Assembly: GCA_039208735.1 (NCBI GenBank)
Contig: JBCCQY010000095.1
Span: 1-35,613 of the forward strand
Direction of reading: 5' to 3'
DNA from: Myxococcota bacterium
Lineage (GTDB): Bacteria; Myxococcota_A; UBA796; GCA-2862545
Length of the DNA: 35,613 nt
Part shown: piece after piece, positions 1-8,076 of the stretch
Layout of the letters: each line of letters opens with the position of its first letter
Numbering within the stretch: position 1 is the stretch's first letter
Translations under genes and position numbers: made by a program
The notes under the pieces: model-generated
Told to the model about the DNA's origin: nothing
The model's input: the letters and a program-made list of their open reading frames with translations, nothing else
Databases searched by the model: none

Positions 1-1
1 C

Positions 2-316
2 GGCGGTGTCGTGCACACTGCACGACGTGCAGCTGCCTCAATCCGCGAGCGCTTCGATGACCGCGTCGCACGTGGAGGCGATGGATTGGCGGAGATCGGC
101 CGGCGCTGGTTTGGCGAAGGTTGGCTTTGAAAAACGCTGAACTTCGGCCCCCTCGGCCTTGAGTCGCTCCTCGATGCGATCGAGGAACACATCGCCGCGG
201 GGCTTGGAGATGTCGAGCAACGCCACCGTGCGACCGTTGAGTTCTGGCAGTCGTGGAAGCCGTTCGCGCTTCGTCGAGCCTCGCTCCGATGAGGGATCAA
301 GCAGGATGCGGTTCAT
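2..316 (-). CDS. UGSC-motif (seleno)protein, 3'-partial; in-frame TGA at 38-40 probably encodes selenocysteine
   Basis: ATG at 316-314 with an AGGAG RBS, overlapping the upstream stop (ATGA). The frame continues past the TGA as ...IEALAD-U-GSCTSCSVHDTA to the window edge, matching the UGSC family motif. Confidence 0.85.
8..26 (-). promoter_or_regulatory. Candidate bacterial SECIS hairpin
   Basis: The minus strand reads TGA, 11 nt, then GTCGTGCA-GTG-TGCACGAC: a perfect 8-bp stem with a G-initiated loop. Confidence 0.55.
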
Positions 317-1749
317 GGATGAATCTCCTTGCAAATCGGGGCGCTTCCAATCGGGGCGGTGACCCACCCTCCGATGAGCATCGAAAACAGGCCGGCCTCG
401 CCCCCACAGTGGACGATGCGCAAGCCGTCCGGCCGAAACTTCGGTACGGATTGGCCGGCGAAGAACGCGGGCATGCCTTCGGCGATACCGCCTGCTCCGC
501 GCACCAGCTCATCACCTGGCCGAATGAGCAGCTCGTGGAGGCGGTCGGCGAGTTGGCGCTTGCTCCACCCCGCTTCGCGGAACACCCGTGCGTGCTCAGG
601 CCCAACGGCGAGGATTGCGTCGAACGCGAGTACGAGCTTGGGGTGGTGCAGGGTGATCAGGTTGGCGGCGAAGGTGCGCGCGAGGGACTCGGGGTCGCGA
701 GACAGCTGATCCACGATCGACCGAGGAGCTTCGCCCGGAAACAGGGTGACGGCGTCGGTGCCCGCTTGCACCCCGAAGTCCGTCGACAACGGCGACCAGG
801 GAGAACCTTCCTCGTCTTCGGCGAAGCACAGGCCGACCTTTCCCGGCTGCCCAAATGTGGCGCGATCGACCTCTCCGGGGCGTCCGCCGCCGACGTTGCG
901 AATCACCAGCTGCAGCGCGCGTCCGATGGTGCTGTTGGCGCGGTTGCCCTGGCCCAGCACGTTCATGCCGCTGTTCATGCCAATGTGGTGCCGGATGGGC
1001 CCGTTCACGATCAGCACGGGGGCGGTGGGCATCGTCGTGCACAACAAGCCGTGGGCGTTAAACGCGTCGGTGCAGGCGGCTTCGACCGCGGCGAGGACGA
1101 CGGGAAGGTACTCGGGTTTGCACCCGGCCATTACCGCGTTGATGGCCACCTTTTCGACCGTGCAGGGAACGAGATCCGGCGGCACTTCCGCAATGATTTC
1201 GTCGGGAGCGCGGGTGGTGCCATCGAGCATGGCAAACACCCGTTCAAGCGTAGGGGGAACCAGCGGTAATCCGTCGCTGAACCCTCGATCGTACAGCGCC
1301 TCGATCTCATCTTCCAAGGGCCCGACCGACAGGCGCCGGGCTGCGAGAGTGTCCGCGGCAAAGCGAGCTCGCAGCCGCGGAACCACCGCGGGGTCTACGC
1401 TCATCGAGCCACAACCGGGGCGGAAGGCTGGTAAATCCTCGCCCAACACCGCTTCGCCGGTAAAGGTCTCCCAGGCGGAACGGTCCCATCCTTCGAGGCG
1501 GGCGGTTTCTCGACCTTCTTCCACCCGCAACAGGGTGGGCACCGTCTCGATCTGGTGGTTCCAAGACACGACGAGATCCGTGTCGTCGTGCGGGCCCATG
1601 CCTTCGGGGAACGTTGGGTCGTCCTGGGTGAAGACGGTGAGGCCAGGACCCGCGGCAAGTTGAGCGAGAACCGGCGTTACGAGCGTGCAGGTGGGACAAT
1701 CGCGTTTGACGACGACCACCAATCCATCGGGGAGCGCTGCAGATTCCAT
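313..1749 (-). CDS. Thioredoxin-like (CPTC) N-terminal domain fused to a conserved domain of unknown function; partner of the UGSC protein
   Basis: Contains KRDCPTC and ETVPTL (cis-Pro) Trx features, an RPGCGS linker, then DGLPLVPPT and GQGNRANSTIGRA motifs. The start is placed at MESAALP because the longer ORF overlaps the upstream gene. Confidence 0.8.
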   Translation of the reverse strand: MESAALPDGLVVVVKRDCPTCTLVTPVLAQLAAGPGLTVFTQDDPTFPEGMGPHDDTDLVVSWNHQIETVPTLLRVEEGRETARLEGWDRSAWETFTGEAVLGEDLPAFRPGCGSMSVDPAVVPRLRARFAADTLAARRLSVGPLEDEIEALYDRGFSDGLPLVPPTLERVFAMLDGTTRAPDEIIAEVPPDLVPCTVEKVAINAVMAGCKPEYLPVVLAAVEAACTDAFNAHGLLCTTMPTAPVLIVNGPIRHHIGMNSGMNVLGQGNRANSTIGRALQLVIRNVGGGRPGEVDRATFGQPGKVGLCFAEDEEGSPWSPLSTDFGVQAGTDAVTLFPGEAPRSIVDQLSRDPESLARTFAANLITLHHPKLVLAFDAILAVGPEHARVFREAGWSKRQLADRLHELLIRPGDELVRGAGGIAEGMPAFFAGQSVPKFRPDGLRIVHCGGEAGLFSMLIGGWVTAPIGSAPICKEIHP

Positions 1750-1768
1750 GGCGAAGTCTACCGCACGG

Positions 1769-2736
1769 TCAACGCCGGTCGCCGTTGGCCTTGGGTCGGG
1801 CGCGAGGAGCGTAGCGCACTTCAGGAGGGATCTGACTTGCGCCAACGTGCGCATCCAGCCAATCCGTGAGCGGGCTCGCGGCATCAAAGGTCGCTTCGAT
1901 CAAACGGAGCAATTCACCGTCACGCGGAAGGTCCTCGGCGGGAATCCGACGTCCGGCAAGCAGCTCCTTCCACGACAGCAATCCCGCATGACGATGGTTG
2001 CGAGGATAGCCCCGTGGCACGGTGCGCAGCCGTTCCCCTTCGATCTGCAGTCCTGTGGTGATTACCTCGGTCAATGCCGAGGCCAACGGTTCGCCCGCGC
2101 GTCCGGCCGCCGCCTTGCGGAAACGCGCAAGCTGGTCCTTCGCAAGGGCGTGGTAGCCCGTGCCAACGTACAGCCCGTGCGCATCGATCTGGACGTACAG
2201 TCCTGCAGCCGTGGCGGGACGGTCGACGACCGTAACAGGTGGTCTTCAACGCCGGTCGGTCGGGGTGGAATCGACGGACCTGGAATTGGCGAAAGCGCTT
2301 GGGACGACCTCGTCGGCTGGCCGCGAGTCCTTCCAGCAGGCGGTCGAGGGGATCGGAGACGTCATGGGCAAATCGCTCGCGATGCGCATCGAACCAGGTG
2401 CGTGCATTGTTCTCGGCGAGTTCCTTCATGAAGGACACCGACGCGATCGAGGGGAGCGAAAGGTCGGAGGCAGCCGTCGCCGCGAGCACATGGAGGATCG
2501 AGCGCGGCGATCGACCCAGCCAGTGTGCCGCGTCAGGGTGGGTCACCGCCATGCGACCGGAGGTGAGGTCCTCGTAGAAGCTTCGGATCATTGAAACGAC
2601 CGGCTTGGCCAGGCCTTGGGCCCGGAGGTCGGCCGCAGCGTCATCGAGGGACTGAGGTGCATAGGCCACTTCGCGGCCGGTCACCATTGACATCACTTGC
2701 GCAACGGCGCGCCCGTCGATGGCCACGGGTCCGCCG
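1769..2736 (-). pseudogene. 5'-truncated NmrA/SDR C-terminal segment fused in frame to DUF2461 (TIGR02453-like), frameshifted near 2230
   Basis: GPVAIDGRAVAQVMSMVTGREVAY...LGRSPRS is an NmrA-like tail. FMKELAENNARTWFDAHRERF...RRFHPDRPALKT follows, then after a +1 shift GLYVQIDAHGLYVGTG...LRTVPRGY (DUF2461-like). Confidence 0.7.
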
Positions 2737-3221
2737 GCCCGTGTCGCCAAGGAGGCGGGCGTTGGGCGAGCGACCGTTTACCGACACTGGGCCGGCCGTA
2801 CCGCACTGCTGCGGGATGCCCTGGGGCATGCCAGGTTTCCACCGCCAGCGCCCACTGGCGACCTGGTTCGTGACGCGGTGGCGTTGCTCGGAGCGTTGCG
2901 GACCGCGCTCGTCGATGGGCCCCTGCGATCGATCCTGGCCGCCCTCGTCGCGGAGGCCCTCACCGACCCGGATACCCGGGACCTCCTGGATGCCTTGTTG
3001 GCGCAGGGTCACGACGGGTTGCGACACCTGCTGAAGGAGGCGCAGCAGGCAGGGCAGGTTGCGCCTGACCTCGTCGTTTTGCAGGCTGTAGAGCTGCTGG
3101 GCGGCCTCGTGTTCTATCTGGCGTTTTGTTCGGCCAGGACCTGGACGACGCAGCGCTCGAGCGTGCAGTGCGCGAGGTCTTGCGCCTGGACGCCGCTACT
3201 CGGGCCGAGCCTCCGAGATGA
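2737..3221 (+). pseudogene. TetR-family regulator lacking its first helix, frameshifted near 3120
   Basis: HTH ARVAKEAGVGRATVYRHW followed by the PTGDLVRD motif. A -1 shift restores GVLFGQDLDDAALERAVREVL up to the TGA at 3219-3221. Confidence 0.7.
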
Positions 3222-3311
3222 ACAACCAGCCCCTGCACATCTCGCCTTCGTCTCCGTAGGCGTTCGCCCGCGCGCGAGCCTCGGGGCGATTGTCGTAATG
3301 GCACGTGAGCG

Positions 3312-3660
3312 TCACGATGGCCTTGCGGGGGCGGGAATGGGGGTCTGGAGGACGTAGCATCGTTGTCGGAGTCCTCTCGCTTCCGTACGAGGGCTGAATG
3401 CGAGCCAGATCGTTGACGGAAAATCCGACCTCGCTTTGCCCATCGCCCGCAAGCAGGTAGCTCGATGCCTTGGGAATTCACTTGCGAGTCTGTACTGATT
3501 CAGAACGTCCAAGAGGTCGGCGCGATGGGCCGCTTGTTCGGAGGAAAGCATGCTCACATCGGCACTGCGTAGGCCCGCTTCCACTTGCATGAGGGGATCG
3601 AAGACGGTCGTTTCCGACGCGGAAGCCGTGAGTGGCCACATCCACACCATCGTCATCCTC
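3312..3660 (-). pseudogene. Probable degraded fragment of a secreted hypothetical protein
   Basis: VEAGLRSADVSMLSSEQAAHRADLLDVLNQYRLASEFPRH resembles, from memory only, a conserved myxobacterial hypothetical family. The similarity breaks down after FPRH. Confidence 0.3.
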
Positions 3661-3747
3661 CATCGTCGTTTATGATGGCACAGGGTCCGTGCGATCGTTT
3701 TGGTCCGATGTCGCCTCGGCTCGGAGTAGACTGGGCGAGGAGGCCCC

Positions 3748-4404
3748 ATGGCTTCGATGGCCATCCTACTCATGCCGTTCTTACTCGGGTTGGCGTTGCT
3801 CGGGCTTTTTTCGCTGGGCGTAGCGCTAGCGCTGCGCATGACGCGCTTCCAGCAGCATCTCACCACGCCCGAGCGGATTGTTGGTTTGGGTACGTGTACG
3901 TGGGGGTGTCCGACCCAGGCCGGCGGCACGTCGACGGTCATGTGGCGATTGTGGGTCGCGCTGGGGGGGCTGTTCGGGGTGGGGCTCGGCGCTGCCTTGG
4001 TTCTCTGGCTCGATCTTGGCGCTATCGGATGGGTGGTGGCAGGATGCACGCTGCTCGGCACGGCGGTCGGGGCCGCCGCCGCGTCTCGAGCCCCCTTTGG
4101 CGGGGTTCCAACTATGCATCGGATTCGCATTGATGGGTCGGGGCTCTTCGTCGATCACTGCGAAGGGTTCGCCGATGCGCAACCTTCCGTCGAGCAACGG
4201 CCGGCTGTGGTGGTGGATCTTGCGGTTCCGTGGGACGACGTACAACGCGTCTCGGCAGCGGAGCCCTTCGTGACCATCGAAGCCCGTTCCCGGACCGTCG
4301 TGCTCGGACCGATGCCCAAACGCTGGGTGAACGAAATCGAGACCGAGGTGCTGCGACGCATTGCCAAGACCCCACCCGACGCGGAGGCGAGTGGCGGGAG
4401 CTGA
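3748..4404 (+). CDS. Hypothetical membrane protein (about 3 TM helices plus a soluble C-terminal domain)
   Basis: AGGAGG RBS upstream of the ATG and three hydrophobic segments. Confidence 0.65.
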   Translation: MASMAILLMPFLLGLALLGLFSLGVALALRMTRFQQHLTTPERIVGLGTCTWGCPTQAGGTSTVMWRLWVALGGLFGVGLGAALVLWLDLGAIGWVVAGCTLLGTAVGAAAASRAPFGGVPTMHRIRIDGSGLFVDHCEGFADAQPSVEQRPAVVVDLAVPWDDVQRVSAAEPFVTIEARSRTVVLGPMPKRWVNEIETEVLRRIAKTPPDAEASGGS

Positions 4405-4440
4405 GTTCCCCCGCCGGTTCGTGCTGGTGCCGTGTGGCTT

Positions 4441-4490
4441 GGGGTACGACCGGCATTCGTGAAAAAACTGGGGTTAACGAATTATGCGCA
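4441..4490 (+). repeat. Tn3-type terminal inverted repeat (tnpA-3' side)
   Basis: GGGGTACGACCGGCATTCGTGAAAAAACTGGGGTTAACGAATTATGCGCA. Confidence 0.88.
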
Positions 4491-4513
4491 ATGATGCGGC
4501 AACATCGATTGCG

Positions 4514-4933
4514 CTAGGTGCCTGGAACTTCCTCGTCATCGAAGCGATAGACCCCGTTGACCACCACATGGGCGTGGGCCAACGGTGTGAGGAAGGACAG
4601 CCATCCCTCGTCCACGGGCCGCTCGTCCCGCAGCTTCGTCAAGATGTCCTTGGTCTGGACTGTGTTCCAGAAGACGACCGCGTTGCAGAGCACGCTCAAC
4701 GCGCTCGCCTTGCTGGTGAGCTGCTCGAGGTCACCGGTTCGGAAGACGCCGTGGTTGCCGAAGAACAAGCGCTTGGCGAGCGCATGACGGGCTTCGCCGC
4801 GGTTGAGTTGTCGACGCACTTGTCGGCGAAGCGCAGCGTCAGCGAGGTACCGCAAGAGGTAGGTCGTTTTGACCAGCCGGCCGAGTTCGACGAGTGCGCG
4901 GGAGAGCCGTGACCGCTTGCTCGCCGTGAGGCG
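4514..4933 (-). pseudogene. tnpA: Tn3-family transposase, C-terminal remnant (about 140 aa)
   Basis: ALVELGRLVKTTYLLRYL..LRRQVRRQLNRGEARHALAKRLFFG..NAVVFWNT..TPLAHAHVVVNGVYRF matches the DDE_Tnp_Tn3 C-terminus. Confidence 0.92.
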
Positions 4934-7076
4934 GCTCGTGCACCTGGGGGAAGGCACCGGCGACACCCGACGGACGGCGCCCCTCGCCGAGTTCACGGGG
5001 GCCGACCGGACGGTGCTGGACGGGCTGGTCGAGCACCGGTTGGTGACGCTCGACGGCGAGACGGCCTCCATCGCGCACGAGGCGTTGCTGCGCGAGTGGC
5101 AGACGCTGCAGGGGTGGCTGGCGGAGGACCGGTCGGGGCTGCGACTGCGGCAGGAGGTGACGGCGGGGGCGCAGCTGTGGGCGAGTCACGCCCGCGACGA
5201 GGGCTTGCTGTGGCGGGGGGCCCGGCTGCAGCGCGCGGTCGAGGTGCTGGCGGATGACGCGACGGACCTGGTGCTCACCCCAGACGAGCAGGCGTTCCTT
5301 CAGGCCGGGGTGGCGCGGGACGAAGCGGAGGCCGAGGCAGCCCGGACCCGTGCGCAGGAGCGGCTCCGCGCCGCACGGCGGCTGATTGCGGCGCTCGTGG
5401 CGGTGGTGCTGGTGGTCGGAGTGGGCCTCGCCATCACGGGTTTGCTGCTGGTTCAGCTCCAGCAAGCCCTCGTGGCGAGTGAGAACCGAGGGCGGGCGCA
5501 GGCGGCGCTTCGGGCTCTGGCGGAGCGGCAGCCGGTCGCCGCGCGCTGGCTGCATGCGGGGGTCCAAGACGTCGAGACGCCAGGGTGGCGACAGACGGCG
5601 CTTGACCTGCTCGACCTGCCCGCTCCGACGACCGTACTGCACGGCCACACCGGCCCGGTGATAGCAGCCGCATTCAGCCCCGATGGCCAGCGCGTCGTCA
5701 CCGCCTCGCTCGACGACACCGCCCGGGTGTGGCAGGCCGACGGCACCGGCCTCCCCGTCGTCCTCGAGGGCCACACCAACGGGGTGACCGCCGCCGCGTT
5801 CAGCCCCGATGACCAGCATGTCGTCACCGCCTCGGACGACCGCACCGCCCGCGTGTGGCGGGCCGACGGCACCGGCTCCCCTGTCGTCCTCGAGGGACAC
5901 ACCGGCGGCGGCGGATCTGTCTTTCGGCGGCCAGGAGCGCGAGTGGGCCAAGGTGATGGGTTGTGGGCCGCCGCGTTCAGCCCCGATGGCCAGCACGTCG
6001 TCACCGCCTCGGTGGACGGCACTGCCCGCGTGTGGCGGGCCGACGGCACCGGCGACCCCGTCGTTCTCGAGGGCCACGCGGGACCGGTGTGGGCCGCGGC
6101 GTTCAGCCCCGACGGGGCCCACGTCGTCACCGCCTCCTGGAACGGCACGGCGCGGGTGTGGCGGGCCGACGGCACCGGCTCCCCCGTCGTCCTCGAGGGC
6201 CACGCCGACGATGTGAGGGCCGCCTCGTTCAGCCCCGATGGCCAGCGCGTCGTCACCGCCTCGGACGACCGCACCGCCCGCGTGTGGCAGGCCGACGGCA
6301 CCGAGGACCCCGTCGTCCTCGAGGGCCACACCGACTCCGTGACGGCCGCCGCGTTTAGCCCCGATGGCCAGCACGTCGTCACCGCCTCGTGCGACCGCAC
6401 CGCCCGTGTGTGGCGGGCCGACGGCACCGGCGCTCCCGTCGTCCTCCAGGGCCACACCGACCGCGTGACGGCCGCCGCGTTCAGCCCCGATAGCCAGCGC
6501 GTCGTCACCGCCTCGGACGACCGCACCGCCCGCGTGTGGCAGGCCGACGGCACCGGCGCCCCCGTCGTCCTCAAGGGCCACACCGGCTTCGTGAATGCCG
6601 CTGCATTCAGTCCCGATGGCCAGCGTGTCGTCACCGCCTCCCGGGACCGAACCGCCCGCGTGTGGCAGGCCGACGGCACCGGCTCCTCCGTCGTCCTCCA
6701 GGGCCACAACGGCGTGGTGATGGCCGCTGTGTTTAGCCCCGATGGCCAGCGCGTCGTCACCGCATCCTGGGACCGCACCGCCCGCGTGTGGCCCTGGTCG
6801 CCGGACTCCCTTCGCCAGGCCTTGCTCCGCGAAACCGAGCCTTGCCTCGCCGAGGCTCAGCGCGTTCGGTTTCTCGACGAACCCGTGGACGTGGCCCGGG
6901 CCCGTTACCTCGGCTGCCTCAGGGCCACCGACCGTCTCGACAACCCGAGCGCCATCGTCGACCACGTGGTTGACCCATGGGACGACCCGCACCAACTCCA
7001 GCCGCCACGCGCGCACAGTCGCGGCTGGACCCGATGGCTCGCCGGGCTCACCCTGGGAAGGCCAAGGTCGCTATAG
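4932..7076 (+). pseudogene. 5'-truncated STAND (nSTAND1-like) protein: post-NTPase helical/wHTH region, TM helix and 9 WD40 repeats
   Basis: Contains RLVHLGEGTGDTRR, RLVT, IAHEALLREW.L.GWL and LLWRGARL motifs, a hydrophobic helix, and GH..V.AAAFSPDG..VVTAS.D.TARVW repeats. No Walker A motif or credible start is present. Confidence 0.8.
5643..6790 (+). repeat. Nine near-identical 126-bp WD40-coding repeats; repeat 3 has a 51-bp in-frame insertion
   Basis: GH codons start at 5643, 5769 and 5895, then 6072 (126+51 later), and continue at a 126-bp period. Confidence 0.92.
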
Positions 7077-7189
7077 GACAGCACCACCCACGCGCGATGC
7101 CGAGGTGGCGGTAGAACTCGTGCCGCTATGGGGGAGGAGGGACCGTCTCACTCTGTCAAGGGGCGGGCAGAATCCACTGGGTGTTATTG

Positions 7190-7207
7190 CTTGTACAAGT
7201 TGTACAG
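7190..7207 (+). promoter_or_regulatory. Putative TA operator (tandem TGTACA palindromes)
   Basis: CTTGTACAAG is a perfect palindrome (7190-7199). A second TGTACA lies at 7201-7206, just upstream of the antitoxin ATG. Confidence 0.65.
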
Positions 7208-7215
7208 GATGGTGC

Positions 7216-7458
7216 ATGTCACGAACGCTCAACCTCGCGGAAGCACGAGCTGCGCTCTCTCGATTGGTCGAGGAGGTCGCCAATGGTGAGGAGATCATCA
7301 TCGCCAAGGCGGGCCGGCCGCTGGCGCGTCTCGTTGCCCTCGCGGACCGACCCGAACGTGTGATTGGCGTGTGGAAAGGCCAAGGCTGGATGGCTGACGA
7401 CTTCGATGTCCCTCTTCCAGAGGACATGCTTGATGCCTTCGAGGGGTCGGATGGGTGA
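7216..7458 (+). CDS. Phd/YefM-family type II antitoxin
   Basis: MSRTLNLAEARAALSRLVEEVANGEEIIIAKAGRPLARLV with an acidic tail DDFDVPLPED. It overlaps the toxin start. Confidence 0.92.
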   Translation: MSRTLNLAEARAALSRLVEEVANGEEIIIAKAGRPLARLVALADRPERVIGVWKGQGWMADDFDVPLPEDMLDAFEGSDG

Positions 7459-7834
7459 CCGACTGTTGTTGGATACACACATTGTCTTGTGGTCGATGTT
7501 TGGGGACGTTCGCCTGACCTCGAAGACCACCTCCGCGATTCTTGCGGCAGACGACGTCTTCGTCAGCGCGGCCTCAGCGTGGGAAGCCCAAATCAAAGCA
7601 GGACTCGGTAAGCTCGAGTTGCCGGAATGCTTCGCGGAAGGAGTCCGCAAGAGTGGTTTTCAGGAGCTTCCTGTACACTTTCACCACACTCAGCAGCTCG
7701 CCCACCTCCCCGCTCTCCACCGCGACCCCTTCGATCGCCTTCTGGTGGCGACCGCGATGGCAGACGGGCTCACGTTGGTCAGCGCCGATGCAAAGATTCT
7801 GGCTTATCCAGGCTCGCTCCTCGACGCGCGCTGA
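7451..7834 (+). CDS. vapC: VapC-family PIN-domain toxin
   Basis: LLLDTH, VSAASAWE, HRDPFDRLL and LVSAD motifs; the acidic PIN residues are intact. Confidence 0.92.
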   Translation: MGDRLLLDTHIVLWSMFGDVRLTSKTTSAILAADDVFVSAASAWEAQIKAGLGKLELPECFAEGVRKSGFQELPVHFHHTQQLAHLPALHRDPFDRLLVATAMADGLTLVSADAKILAYPGSLLDAR

Positions 7835-7869
7835 CCTCACGCCCTGAACAACGCGCTTCCGACCTACTT

Positions 7870-7922
7870 GGGGTAGGAGCGGCGTTCGCGAAAAATGTCC
7901 TGGTAAGCAATTATGCGCAATG
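7870..7922 (+). repeat. Third, internal Tn3-type IR copy in the same orientation as the left IR
   Basis: GGGGTAGGAGCGGCGTTCGCGAAAAATGTCCTGGTAAGCAATTATGCGCAATG, 41/53 identical to 4441-4493, with the canonical TAAG at positions 35-38. Confidence 0.8.
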
Positions 7923-8014
7923 TAGCGACGGCCCAACCACTGGAATCGAGCATGGGTCCGCTCCTCTACAGATCGAACCTATGCGTGATTATCAGCGTTG
8001 GTTCGTCAGGACTC

Positions 8015-8064
8015 TGCGCGTAATTCGCTAACCCCATAAATTTCGCCGATGCCGGTCGTCCCCC
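8015..8064 (-). repeat. Tn3-type terminal inverted repeat (right end)
   Basis: The reverse complement is GGGGGACGACCGGCATCGGCGAAATTTATGGGGTTAGCGAATTACGCGCA. Confidence 0.88.
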
Positions 8065-8076
8065 GGCTTGTCGGTG

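Larger units (their letters stand above)
4441..8064. mobile_element. Tn3-family transposon, internally deleted and non-autonomous
   Basis: GGGG-initiated inverted repeats at 4441-4490 and 8015-8064 (40/50 identical by hand alignment). A 5-bp direct repeat GGCTT lies at 4436-4440 and 8065-8069, and the tnpA 3' end sits next to the left IR. Confidence 0.9.

Noticed and set aside
1750..1887. N-terminal extension of the thioredoxin-fusion ORF
   Set aside because: It overlaps the DUF2461 3' end in another frame, and the ATG at 1749 fits better.
2225..2240. Programmed ribosomal frameshift in DUF2461
   Set aside because: There is no slippery sequence, and the gene is also 5'-truncated, so decay or error is simpler.
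5643..6790. Possible CRISPR array
   Set aside because: The units are 126-bp coding repeats with no unique spacers, and no cas genes are present.
4839..7016. Long antisense ORFs (725 aa and 441 aa) with repetitive sequence
   Set aside because: They are shadows of the GC-rich WD40 repeats on the plus strand.
6742..7215. 238-aa ORF as a long antitoxin
   Set aside because: Only the last 80 aa are Phd-like; the upstream part overlaps the WD40 gene and the operator.
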